DNA of 64,000 nt, from assembly GCA_030704615.1 (NCBI GenBank), contig CM060734.1:20522001-20586000 (forward strand), given 5' to 3'. The stretch comes from Takakia lepidozioides (Eukaryota; Plantae; Bryophyta). Below the pieces are notes generated by a model. The model had not been told where the DNA came from. It saw only the letters and a program-made list of their open reading frames with translations, and did not search any database. Position numbers and translations under genes: made by a program. Positions 11,940 to 23,910 of the stretch are shown here, in pieces (the stretch's first letter is position 1; the number at the start of each line of letters is the position of its first letter).

Positions 11940-14230
11940 ATAACACTGCCCCCCACCAAGGACATCGTAAGACCGTCTGTCATAATGGCCTTGGCTCGCA
12001 TCACTGAGCCATCTAGTTGTAGATGATCTGGTTGTAGTCCAATGGCCAACTCACGCCGTGTCATGCCCCGAGCCTGCTCTGATCCTCCCAGAGATGTATG
12101 TATCTGGAAAGGACAAGGCTCCATATCCGCCTCCATGAGGCCCAAACCTGCAATAGCAGCTCTGCCCAACATCAGTGGCTAAGCTCCTGAGTCCAACAAG
12201 ACCCGCAGTGGCCGGTACTTCTTGCCTGCCGGTCCACTCAAAGTGAAAATGCCTCCCTGGTTGTCTAACAAGACAACTCCAGGTGTCACCATGGCGCGCT
12301 CAAAGGCTGGCATAGCTGGCAGCTCCGTCAACCAGGCAGCTGCCGCTTGCCATGGTGTAGTCGTGGCAGTCGCAATCATGGTTGCCGAGAACAGTGGGGC
12401 TTGATACACAGAGGTGGCTGCCCCCAATAACACACCGGCTGCACTAGCCTTGGTAGCAGGTGTCAGTGCTGCACGTGTAGCTCTCCCCAATGACATAGTA
12501 ACCTCCGTCTCGGTAACAGTCAGGCGAGAACTAGGTGCCATGGATGGCGTCGACACTGTCTCCGCCAATGTGAATGACTGAGGAAGCCTCGCCTGACGGC
12601 TTGCCTCCCCATGCTGTGGATCCAATTCCACCTCTACACCTCGTGGCTCAGGAACTCGTGATGCTCCTCGAGTCACGGCTGCAGCAGACTCTACTTGCAC
12701 TAGTGGTAGTGCTGCTCCGCACATGAATCCCATGCCTCCCATATCTTCTCCCTCAGGAGCAGGAGGTGGACCATCCCGCCTGGGAGCCGGTACCACCTGA
12801 GCTGTAGCCATGGCAGCGAGCCTTTGCTCTAGCTGCTGAAGCCGGTTGGCCATGCCTTGGTCAACACCCTGACCTGCGCGTCCTTGGCCATGTTGAGCTT
12901 GCCCTTGGCCTGCACCTCGTGCCCGACCACCTCGTCCTCTCTGGGCTGGTCCACCTCGCCCCCGGCCACCATTGTTCCCTTGGAACTGGCCTGGGCGGAA
13001 CTCAGGATGCAAGTCATAACACTGGGCATCTCCATGCCCATGCTTGCCACAATGCCCACACTGCAACTGTGCAGGCTGTGCTTGTGCCGGCCTTCTGCCA
13101 CTCTCTGGGCAATCTCTCTTGACATGGGGTCCTCCACATGTCCAACATATCACCCCTGGTTGCTGTTGGCCTGCAAAAGATGCCACGGGCCTCTGTACCT
13201 GAGGTCCCCTATAAGCTCCATGGAACTTGGGTTGGGAACCTTGCCCCCCTGACCACGCTGTTGGGCAGTCCCTTGTGCCTGTGGGCTGGCAGCTGCGCCT
13301 CGTGCAACATGTCCTTGCCAATCCAATAGTAACAAACTCGCTCCTCCACCATGTTGAGCTCAATCCGCTCAGCCAGCAGGAACACATCTGCTAATGTGGG
13401 TTGGGCTGCTTGTAACAGGGTTGCATCCCGCACCCTTCTCTTGAGCTCCTTGTCCAAAATTCCATACCAGAACTGGATTGCCTGAGCTTCAGTAACCCCT
13501 TGGGTCACACTTATCAAGCGCCTCATACGAGTGTAGGCCTCTCGCAAGCTCTCATTGGGTTTGCGCTGGAAGTCTTGCAAACTTCGCAGCTTCTCTGTCC
13601 GTACACCTTGGTAGTTCCTCCGCAACTCCTGGAAGAACTCCACCACCGGGTTGAATCTAGGCACATGTGTTGTAGTCGTGGCAGGAGGAGTAGTAGCACC
13701 TTTTGAACTGATACCACCTGCAGAAGTACCGGCACTACTTGTTCCACTACTAGTACTGGCAGTGGGAGATATTGGTACTGATGCAGCTACTGGTCGCGTC
13801 ATGCCTCGAGTAATGGAGACGTAGTCAGGTGACCAATACATCTTCCACTCCTCAATCTTTGCTTCATGTCCTCGCCTGAACTCGTGGTAATCGTCCATAG
13901 GCGGGCCTTCCAAATGCTGGAACAGTCCCTTCCACGCCATGAATGGGGTGAACAGCTGTGGATTGCGCATCTACTGCAAATCACACCAGCTGTCGAACTC
14001 CTGGATAAAGTCATCCAGCTCAATTGTGCCCACAGCTCCAGAGTACCTACGAGGCCCCTTGGTAGCTCCATACATCTCATCCATGTTGTCCCACAACAAT
14101 GGCGAATGAAACTGCACACCTGTTGATGAAGCCTCCGAGTCTGTGTCTGACTCTGCACTAGTTGAGGGTGGAGGTGAAGGTGGTCTGAAATGAACACCTC
14201 GTCTGGTGAACCCACTCTCATGCTACTGCC
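11940..14230 (-). pseudogene. gag (two CCHC knuckles) and aspartic protease of copy C
   Basis: CWTCGGPHVKRDC, CGHCGKHGHGDAQC; VLLDSGA protease motif. Confidence 0.9.
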
Positions 14231-17200
14231 TGTAGCCGTACTCCCCTCAGAACCCTGGGTAACTCCGTGATGACACTCACAATGTGCACCTCCCCCACGT
14301 GACACTATAAGGCTCTAGAACTAATTCTAATAGTGACACGGGTAGGCACCTGTTGCAGTTTAAGGGTCATATCCCAGTGGCTCAGGGCACCTGCACCTGC
14401 ATCCACTGCAAAAACTCCTATGGTTGGCTGGTCATCAACCCAGTCTCACCATAGAAGAAACACTGGTGGTCTTGCTGGTCATCACTCCAGCCTCACCATC
14501 GACAGCATACTCTAGGATTGACCGGTGATCAAATCCGGCCTAATCCCTATGAAAGCAAGCGCCCACACAAACCAACATGGCGCACAGTCAAGCATGCAGG
14601 TGTTGGGGGGATCCAAACACAGAAATCAAACATCAACACCCCCACACCAAAATCCATCTGCAATGCTGATCCTGCAGAATATCCCCAGCCCAAAACCCCG
14701 GACTGACTGGCCTCCACCAAGAGAGGCTTTGGCAACTACAAGTACAAAGTAATAAAATAGTAAAGAGATGGAGGGAAAGAATAGAAGCCCGACCAAGCAA
14801 GATCTAATCCTGATCTATGCTATCAACTGCCAGACTTCTCTCAAAGTGCCTCGCTCTGCATGATGGTAAGGTGTAGGCGGTATATCTATGTCTAGAAACC
14901 TGCCACTAACCTTGTCCCAAGCTACAGTAGCTCGCTCTAACCAACCCTCCTCCTCTTTCTGCCAGGTAGAGACAAAGCAGTACTCCCCTATCTCCCGCTC
15001 ACTGAACACAAAAAAAAAAAGGTAGGGTGTGACAGTCTCTCAACTCGAAAGCTTTGAGACGGTTGCGGGTGTCCTCATTGCGAATGACTGCATCTCCTTC
15101 AAGCAAACAAACTTGTCATTGCCAATGAACCCCCGCTCGTGGTTGCCTTGCAGCGTGTCCGGCTGCAACCATGTCTGATTGCACAAACTTCTGTAGCTCC
15201 TGCTCCTCTGCTCCAGTACACCACGGCCTTGTGGCTGAACACCTTGGTCCCCGGGGCTGTCTTTGGCTGTGTTCCAAACCTAGCTTTCACCCACTTTGGT
15301 ATTTCACCTACAGCTGCAGAACTGTTGGCTCCAGCAGAGTTCTGACTGTCCAAAGCGATATTGAGGCCCTCAACGCCAACTACTACAGCAGTTTGTTGTC
15401 TACTGAATGCCTGACTCCCAGTATGCAATCAACTCGTCCAACTGTTCTCCACTCACTCAAATCAGTCTGAGTTCCTTGGGAAACATAAATCTTGTCCCCT
15501 TGTGTGCACAGGCTAAGAGAAGAGACCTGCCCTTCAATGACGTCCTCATTTCCCCCAGCCATACAAGGAGTACATCCCCAGATTTATCTCTCATGTAGAC
15601 CAGAACAGGTTCTAGAAACAGAATTGTGGATCTTTCATGGCACACTCACACTCTAAAAATTCCATAGATTTTTAACAGAGTCCCAAAAACTAAAACCAGG
15701 TCAAGATAGGTAGATTTTCCCTTTCTGCAGCTATCCCCTCAAAAACTGAGTCAAACAGAGTCCATTTGACAAAGATATGACCAATTTCGCTCTAAATCAT
15801 TTAAATTAGATCAAAAGGGTTTTTTTTTTTTTAATTTTTTTTTTTAAAGGTTTTCAAATTTAAAAATTTAAAGTTACACCCAAAATATCTGGTAACTGGT
15901 TCCCGTTCCCTAAGTTCTATATGGTTTCCTAGGTTCCCTGGCCACGTGCCTGCTGTTCCCCTCCATTTCATTTGAGTTCAACAGCTCACCATGCTTTGGA
16001 ATCCCAACTGTCTTCTACCACAAACAGTGGTGACGATGGAGGTCGTGGAGCTCATTTCCCCTTAGCAACACTTCACCTTGGCACCCTCACAAGTTTCATT
16101 GAAGTAAAGCTGGCAAGCAAGTTCCTACAAAGCCTGCCCCACACACCAGCTTAGCAGTGTCCAAATTGAGTGATCCCCAGCTGGAACCTTTCTTCAAGCC
16201 CGTCGGCTATGTGGAAACCCAGCTACAGTGCACGGAAGTACGAGTGCCTCGACCACTCTGCAATGTGCCTGGCTTTGTGGCAGATCTACCCTCTGATCCT
16301 TGCTTACTGGCAGGGGCTCTCAAACCCAAAAGAACTGTTGTCCACTGGCTTCGAGTCCGAGCTAGCTGATCAATCTGTGTGGCAGTGAGTACTGCTACGG
16401 TTCCAAAGGCAATATAGAGAACAAATGACGGAGGATGGCTATTTAACCATTCTAAGCACCTTGCCAGCTACAAGGGAAAAAACCCCGAATTTCCTCCTTC
16501 CCTGCCCTGCTTAGAAAGAGCAACCTAAGCTGCTGACAGTAAGAGCCTCTTTCCGAGGAAAAACCAAGACTCTTACGTCATTCAACCACTAGGGGTACAA
16601 TCCAGTTCACAATAACAGAGTCAGTAAATATCCTTCCTGACAGACTCCTTCACGTTCTACATAAAGCATATTTGCCAAAGCTGCAGTCGCACCATTGTGA
16701 AGGATCTTTAAAGAACTCCAGTCAGCGCTGTTCCATGCTCCAGTGCTGACCTACATGCCAGATATTCAAAAGGGCGATTCTTCCCATTATAGGCCCCTTC
16801 TTCGACCAGATTACTAGGTGCTGGTCAAGCCAAAAGACAGTTCACGGTGCATAGAATACCCGCATACAGAAACAGCGAAGTGTTATGACCTAATCTTGTT
16901 GGGATCCCTGAAGGCTTCATAGGAGGCGTACCTCCCACTTGGAAGGGACTCCGTACTTGGGCCTTGACAAGTACGATCCCGCTTTCAGCTCCATAACCCA
17001 GTCCTTAATCTGGTCAGCAAGCAGCAGTCAGCAGCAAACATCACGCATCAGTGAAAACCATAATCTGCTGCTCCATTTGAGTACATCTCTCAATCCTCTC
17101 TACAGTCCCCCAACATTACCAATCACATTCTCTTCTCTCTTCCTGCTCCCCCCAGCACCACAAGATGTGAAAGGCTTGTTCTGCACCCTCGGTTCTTGAT

Positions 17201-17895
17201 CCAAAAAAACTGATGAGCAAAGTGTTTCCATAAAAACAGCGGAACAAAGGATGGGAGAGATGGTGCATCCCTGCGCCCCGCCATCCAGCGCGCTCTGCTT
17301 CTCTCGTTCGACCTTCACTACTCGCACACCATACCGAGCGCGCAACACCGAGACTCGTCGACAGCACGTCCGGAGACTCCGCACAGGGACAAGCAGCAAC
17401 ACAGGTGCAGGCAGACAGTTCAGTGGTCACTGCAACTCCATCACCAAGAACTTGGGGCCAACTTGGCCAATTTCTACACTCATGCCAACCTGGTTCTTGA
17501 CAAGCTACCGCTCCCGCCAAGTAAAATCATCAGCTCTACAGGTCACGGTGAATCCAGCAATATGCCTGCAAGCCAGAATGGGCTACAAGCCAATGGCCCT
17601 TCTTGAGCTGCAACACAACGGACCAACAAATTGGGCACGACTGGCCTACTACTGGGTGCTCAGCTTGCCCCAGCGCTCAGGCAGCAGGGCTGCCAGGGCC
17701 CCGCGCGCACCCGCCACCACAACAGGATAACTACACCCTGATCACCACCAACGCCAATGTGTAAACAACAAGCGCATACCCATGGCAACAGCAGGGCCAG
17801 ATGGACTCCTGCCCCAAGATATATTATAATAGTGCTAAAACAAACATTGTATCTAGCTTAGCACTAGAAATCTAGATAGCGTCATCTCTCTCGAG

Positions 17896-18247
17896 TGATA
17901 AGAAAGCTAAGAACACACTGTTCACACAAGAAACAACATGAATCCAGCAGCATCACTCTTTAAGATAATAGTCGAGCCAGGGGCACCCCAAGCTATGGGA
18001 ACTCCACCCCACAACAACCTATACTCCCTACATAAGCACACTCAGATTCTAAAGCGTGAAGGAGCTCAGTCGCGCAGGCTCAACTCGAGAGAGATGAGCT
18101 GCGCGACTGACGCTCTCGTGAAGATAACGGTTCAGGTGTCAAACTAAACTTGACACCTCATTTAACACTTGACCTAAATCCAAGTGTTAAATACAAATAA
18201 CTAGCTTTATTCTAGTTAGTTTCACACTGTGCTTATTTAACTTGACA
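17896..18247 (-). repeat. 5' terminal repeat A of copy C
   Basis: Starts TGTCAAGTTA, ends TTATCA, contains the conserved hairpin at 18066-18110; no B segment upstream. Confidence 0.85.
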
Positions 18248-18824
18248 ACTTGCATACATAGGAGAGTGCACTTGGGCTTAAATGACACTTGACACTTGGG
18301 CCAACGGCACAGGCTACTCTAGTAGGTATGAAGTTGGATGTGGTTGTGGGTTCAAACCACGGTCTGGTGTGTCATGAAGGTGTAGCCCTTCCTAGCGGAA
18401 GGTAGTAGCCCTTCCGGGGGAAGTGACTCCATAAGTTACGCATCCTTCGGGAGGCGTCATACTTTCTTTGAAGTTAAATGGGTGCGCATGTCACGGTCAA
18501 GGGCCATGTCCAACCCCAAGGGCCCGCCACTATTTGTAAAGTTTTTAGCACATCTCACCTAGGGCGTGTCTATCTGTGGGCCCATCCCAAGACCAGGGCG
18601 TGTCTTAATGCGGGCCCGCCTCAAGACCTACACCAAAGGAGCCACAAACACTTAATAGTTTAGGGTTCCATTGGAGTACTATTTGTGTGAGCACAAAGGT
18701 AACCATGGTTGAGAGGGAGGTGACAGATGTGACTACTGCCGTGTTTGAATTCGTTTCACTTTGCAAAAATCTGCAACATCAATATATAAGGTAGTTTGTT
18801 AGTTTGTTTAGCTTGTTTTGTTTT

Positions 18825-19006
18825 GTTTTGTTTTGTAGCGTTGAAATCTCCCAAACCGCGGGCCCAGCCATGGTGCTTGGTACCGTTCGAAAACTCTCAA
18901 TGAGGAGGGGTGCAACGACTCGGTCTCATAATTTTTGGACTTGCGGTGTGGGAGATATGGAGTTTCAAGTATTTTTGGTCGTCGAAAATTCATGAAAAAT
19001 AGCAAA
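18825..19006 (+). repeat. Dispersed ~185-bp repeat, copy 2
   Basis: Similar to 6925-7108. Confidence 0.75.
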
Positions 19007-21849
19007 GCAGGCTTTCCTCGCCCTTCATTTGTCTTTTGTTCATGTGGGAAGATTTTTCAAGCTGAAATGTGATGGACTTGAAAAAACCACAATACAAAAT
19101 TATTATAATATACCAATTGGAACGGTAAAAAACTCTGCAATTTTTCAGGTAGAAACATGTAGTAGGTAGGATGAAAGTTGTAAGGTTCATTTCCCTTCAT
19201 GTTTGCGGCCAGCGAGATATGCCCTCATCCATGAAGGTATATACGATTTTGGGGGTGGCCCACCAAAAAACAGCTCGTCGTTTAAGGGTTAAAAAAAGTG
19301 ATACTCGCCCAACCACCATCCATCATCTCAGATTCGCCAACCAGGGTCTCGTAGGGTTGACAACTTTTCCACTCTTGTGGCTTGGATTGCGTCAGCAGAT
19401 CCCAACATCATCACCAATGTAGCAAATTCGATTCCCCAACAAGAGTCCTGTGGAGTTGACAAGGGTTTACCAAATCCCACGAGACAGGGGTGAACTGCTT
19501 TGCTTTGTAAAAAAGCTGGATTGGACCAGGGAGTCTACGCGGTTGACGACTTTGTCCGACACGCTCCGGCTCGAGGAGGAGCCAGCTGGTAGCAGAAGGT
19601 GGGCGTGGTCCAACCTCGGAAGTAAACGCATCGCCTCACTTCTTCTCTTCCACCGCCCTGCACAGACTTGCCCACTACAGGTTTGCCATAAAGGCATGGC
19701 CCAGGTCCTAAAAGCCGCAGCTCCTGCACCTCCGTGGGCCGCTGCAGCTGCTGCCACGGAGAGGCTCCATTGTCTCAGCGATGTGACTCCGTGACTACAC
19801 TGCCCGTCGGTGCTTCAGATCGGATTTCTACTTTCTACTATCTAGTACCCACCTTTCACTTGCTTTTATTACTTGCAACGTTAAATGCTCATAGCTTGGA
19901 AGATGAGGAAGGTTTGCTGTCGGCTAATAACTTGTCGCACTTCCTACACCGAACTGCTTATCAATTCAATGATAATTAAATCTCCGCATTAGGCTCTTCT
20001 CTCCGACTCATGGCCATGCATCAAATACCCAGCCGCTGCCAGTGAATGAATAATACATCGCAGCTTTCTTAGAAAATTTATGTTTATACTCTCGGCCCAA
20101 CCATCCCAATACAGACTGATGATGAGTAAAGATTGAACGGACTCCCATGCAATAGTTCTAATAAATCACATAGGGATCCACTCATCATACACCTCGATAT
20201 AATGCGGTTGGACTAATGAAGACGCAAAGACAAGCAGGAGGAGTTGGACATGCACACTAATAACCCACAAATCAGACCATCACTTATTCTCTTGGATGTA
20301 ACGCAATCAGTGAGGGTGCCATGAAGACATGCAACTTTGGACAAGCCGAACAAGCCAGGAGACGGACGCAGACCAGAAAACCTTATATTATTGAAGCTAT
20401 CTTGAAAGTCCTAAGAGCATCCCCACTCTACGCCTCTATGGACCCCTGCACCCATACTTCTCGTATACAGGTTCAAAATCGCCGCCAAACGTACCACACC
20501 CTTGCCCCCCTACCATATACCCGTTCAGGGCGGGTACTGAACTGCCTCTCTTTCACTGAATCCGTCCCTGAACTCGTCCCCCCTACCATGGACATGTCAG
20601 AGCGTGCCTCCCGGCCTCTCACTTCCCTTCCAGCCGAAGACAAGAGCTGCGACACAGGAATGACGAAGGCAAGCAGTAGGTGGGGAACGTGATAAGAAGC
20701 GTTGAGAACGTCACTGAGAACTTTGGGAACATAAGGTACAGGCGCGTCAAGGGTGTGGCTATGAGCAGCCGACCCCTTCACACACCTTTCCAGAGTCCTG
20801 AACCAACCCCTCCAAAATAGGCATAGAGGGGCCATTTCAGTGAGAAGGGTGGGGATGCTCTAAGACAAGTCGCATAATCCAAGATTTGGAGTCTGCACAA
20901 TGCAAACAAGGTAAATAAGTCACATATCGATCCTTGGATATAATGTGTGTGTGTACTTGGATGATAATGATGTAAAGACAAGCCTGGCACATGTTTCTGC
21001 AAAACTAGACAGCCGAATCTGAGTGTACATCATTTGGATTGATGTAATTAGGTGTGCAGGAGGAAGCCTGATGTAGTTTTCAAGGACTCGCCCTCGATCA
21101 AAGACGCTAAAGGTAGAATTAGCAATGCTTGCCAAGTGCGTAAGTGGAGGCATTACAGCGCAAGGATGGAGTGGCGTCATGATTGCATGCAGCAGGCGAG
21201 GCAGTCGGCAGCGGCCTGCGCCATTCCACCCTCCAGGCAATGCATTTTCATATTCAGTCCACCCGTGACCTATCCCCAAACAAAGCAAATCCCATTTCTC
21301 CATGATCTTGGAGAGGGGGAGTTCTGGTTGACCGACGGATGGGACAGACGACGGAGAAGAGTCCGACCAGAAAGAGCCTCTTCGGGACACGTTGCAGCAT
21401 CTGAAAGGCCGTGTGGATTAATCGACGGTGAACAGACGACCGCGCGTGGAGCAAGAGTTGACTGCAGCGTACCATGAATGCGATGGAGCCGTACCTGTGG
21501 GATCGCTCGCAGCCCTCTCTTCTCTGCGATCTTTTCGTCCCCGTCTCTTCCTCAAATGCCCCCCACTGTGAAGCCACATTCACAATTTCCCAGCCCAAGT
21601 TCCCCAGCTTGAGATAGAGCTTTCCTGCACTGTGGCACTGTGTTGTAACATGTACACAAAAAACAAGAGCGGCAACCCATCTGCAGTACTTCTTCTCAGC
21701 TGCTTGCTCGTTGGGCTGCACCCACGCGCCGTAGTTGCGCCAGCTGATCACTGGTGGTGAGGTAGGATTGGAAGCAGTTAAAAGTTAGAAGTGTGAGGAG
21801 GAGGTTTGGCAACTGCGCCTGCTTCCGGTTTTTCTCCGATATTTGTACG

Positions 21850-23910
21850 ATGGGAAGAGCTCCCTGCTGTGAGAAGACAGGGCTAAAAAAGGGCCCCTGG
21901 ACACCTGATGAGGACCAGAAGCTGGTGTCTTACATCCAACGCCATGGCCATGGCAGCTGGCGCGCTCTTCCAAAACACGCTGGTATGTCTCGCCTCAATC
22001 TCGAAATAAGCGCACTGTTATTGTGAGGGGGATCTAGGACAGGAAGAGATGTCACAGGCTCGTAGCAACCACGCAAGTCGTAGAGTAATGTTGATATGTA
22101 TAGGCTGAATTGTGCGAACGGTGAGTCGTGTGTTAGAGTGTGTTCCTCTCCTGTGTCGACCGTGCTTTGATGCAAGACTGTCCTAGATGTGGTGCAGGGT
22201 TCAGACCAGCCTTCTGCCGTTGTATGATCCTTGAAGTACTGCTCACTCTGTTGGTTAGACGCCTACCCAGCTAATACTGTAGACGACCACAGACAGGCCC
22301 ACTGAAAGATTGGACTTTGGATGTTTGTGCAGGCCTACTAAGATGCGGCAAGAGCTGCCGATTGAGGTGGACGAACTACCTGCGGCCTGATATAAAGCGC
22401 GGGCGGTTTTCTCTAGAAGAAGAGCAAATGATTATTCACCTCCATGCCATTCTCGGAAATAGGTTTGTGTTCTCTACCAGCTGGAAACTTTGTCTCTTGT
22501 ACTCTACATGTATGAGGAACCCAGCAAGTGCCAGCTTGTGTTCGAGGCAAAGTCCCTATCGCTCTCTTGCTCTGGGTTGCATGATGCTGGCACACTGCAC
22601 TGCCGTCTCTTCTTGTAAGGAATGTTATTAACCTGGCGAAAATGTGTTTACGTGGGTGCAGATGGTCAGCCATAGCTGCGCATTTGCCAGGGCGCACAGA
22701 CAATGAGATTAAAAACTACTGGAATACCCACTTGAAAAAGCGGCTGATGCAGATGGGGATAGACCCAGTGACACACAAAGCCAAGTCAGACCTTGTGCTG
22801 GACAACCCCGATGTGAAGCCATTGTTATCTTCCAAGTTAAGTCATATGTCCCAGTGGGACAGCGCGCGCATAGAAGCGGAAGCCAGACTTGCCAGCGAAT
22901 ATTTCAAGATGGGAAGCAAGGAACGCTCCACATTTGTCGCTAATCCTGCTCAGCTCGGCTCTGTTGCGTTTATGAGGACATGGAAGTCCCAAGTCACAGA
23001 ATCACTGCGGCAGCAGTTTGGTACAGTAAATTTTGACAAACCGACGGCGAGTGTAGATTTTCAGAGGTTTCTGCAAGATTGGGAACAATCTTTGCAAGGT
23101 CCTGCAGTAAATGTCTATGATTCTGCAATGCCAAGTGCTGCCTCCCCAGCCTCTGACTCACACTCCAGCCATAGTAGTCTACATTCCTTTGACAGCCAGG
23201 GCGGCCCCATTTTTTTAAATCATTTGTGTGAGGCGGTGTCGAAGGCATCCCATTCAAGCGTGGCAATGGATCACATGTCACCGACTTCTACTCTGTGCTC
23301 GCTAGATGCACATTCAAGCCAGTTTGGGAACAATGCCTCTGAAAATCTTCAAGAAGCAGAGCCAATTTTCCCGCGCGATAGGCTGCAGAGCCCATCTTCT
23401 GGATTATCGTACCAAAATGGTGGTCTGACAGAAGAAAGTAGTCCTACGTTTCCCTCCAGCTTACAGGCTAGTTCATTATTTGGCGCAAATCCAGACAGTG
23501 TCAAGAGCTCTACTGGGCATGGGTTTTGGCAGCAGCCGCAGATGATCGAATCTGCAATGAAGCGGTTCAGGGCTGAGGGCGCGGTTGTCAGACCAGTGCT
23601 TCCAGGGGTGAGCCTTGTGGATGCAATCCCTTCCGGCAGTCTCCTAAGTGAGGCCGATTTACTGTCAATTGAGAGTCCACAGACTACTGGAAGTGCCTTG
23701 ACCGAGAACTCCTACTCCTCGCTGCTAGCACCAGAGCTACTGCTTGATCTTGTGGACAATGTACGAGTTCCTACTTCCAAGAGTTGCTCATCACCAGCAT
23801 GGCCGGAATTGGGGAGCTTTGAGAGCAAGGACTATTGGACCAACATGTTGCAGCTGGTGAGCCAGACTCCGTTCCATCAACAACTTGGGACTGCCCCCAT
23901 TCATCAATAG
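21850..23910 (+). CDS. R2R3-MYB transcription factor, subgroup 9 (MIXTA/MYB16/MYB106/MYB17-like); exons 21850-21982, 22333-22462, 22662-23910; 503 aa
   Basis: [74 protein letters not shown]; canonical 133/130-nt first exons with GT-AG introns; [17 protein letters not shown] resembles the subgroup-9 AQWESARxxAExRL motif. Confidence 0.95.

Larger units (their letters stand above)
7245..18247 (-). mobile_element. DNMT-Gypsy copy C, degenerate, 3' end (most of PHD and terminal repeats) deleted
   Basis: 5' repeat A at 18247-17896 begins TGTCAAGTTA and ends TATCA; gag, PR, DNMT, RT, RH and INT are collinear with 41180-48443. Confidence 0.92.

Noticed and set aside
19450-19794. GC-rich ORFs upstream of the MYB gene
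   Set aside because: No recognisable homology; stops in the alternative frames.
20920-21751. ORFs of 140-165 aa just upstream of the MYB gene
   Set aside because: Most likely promoter or 5' UTR sequence; no domain signal.
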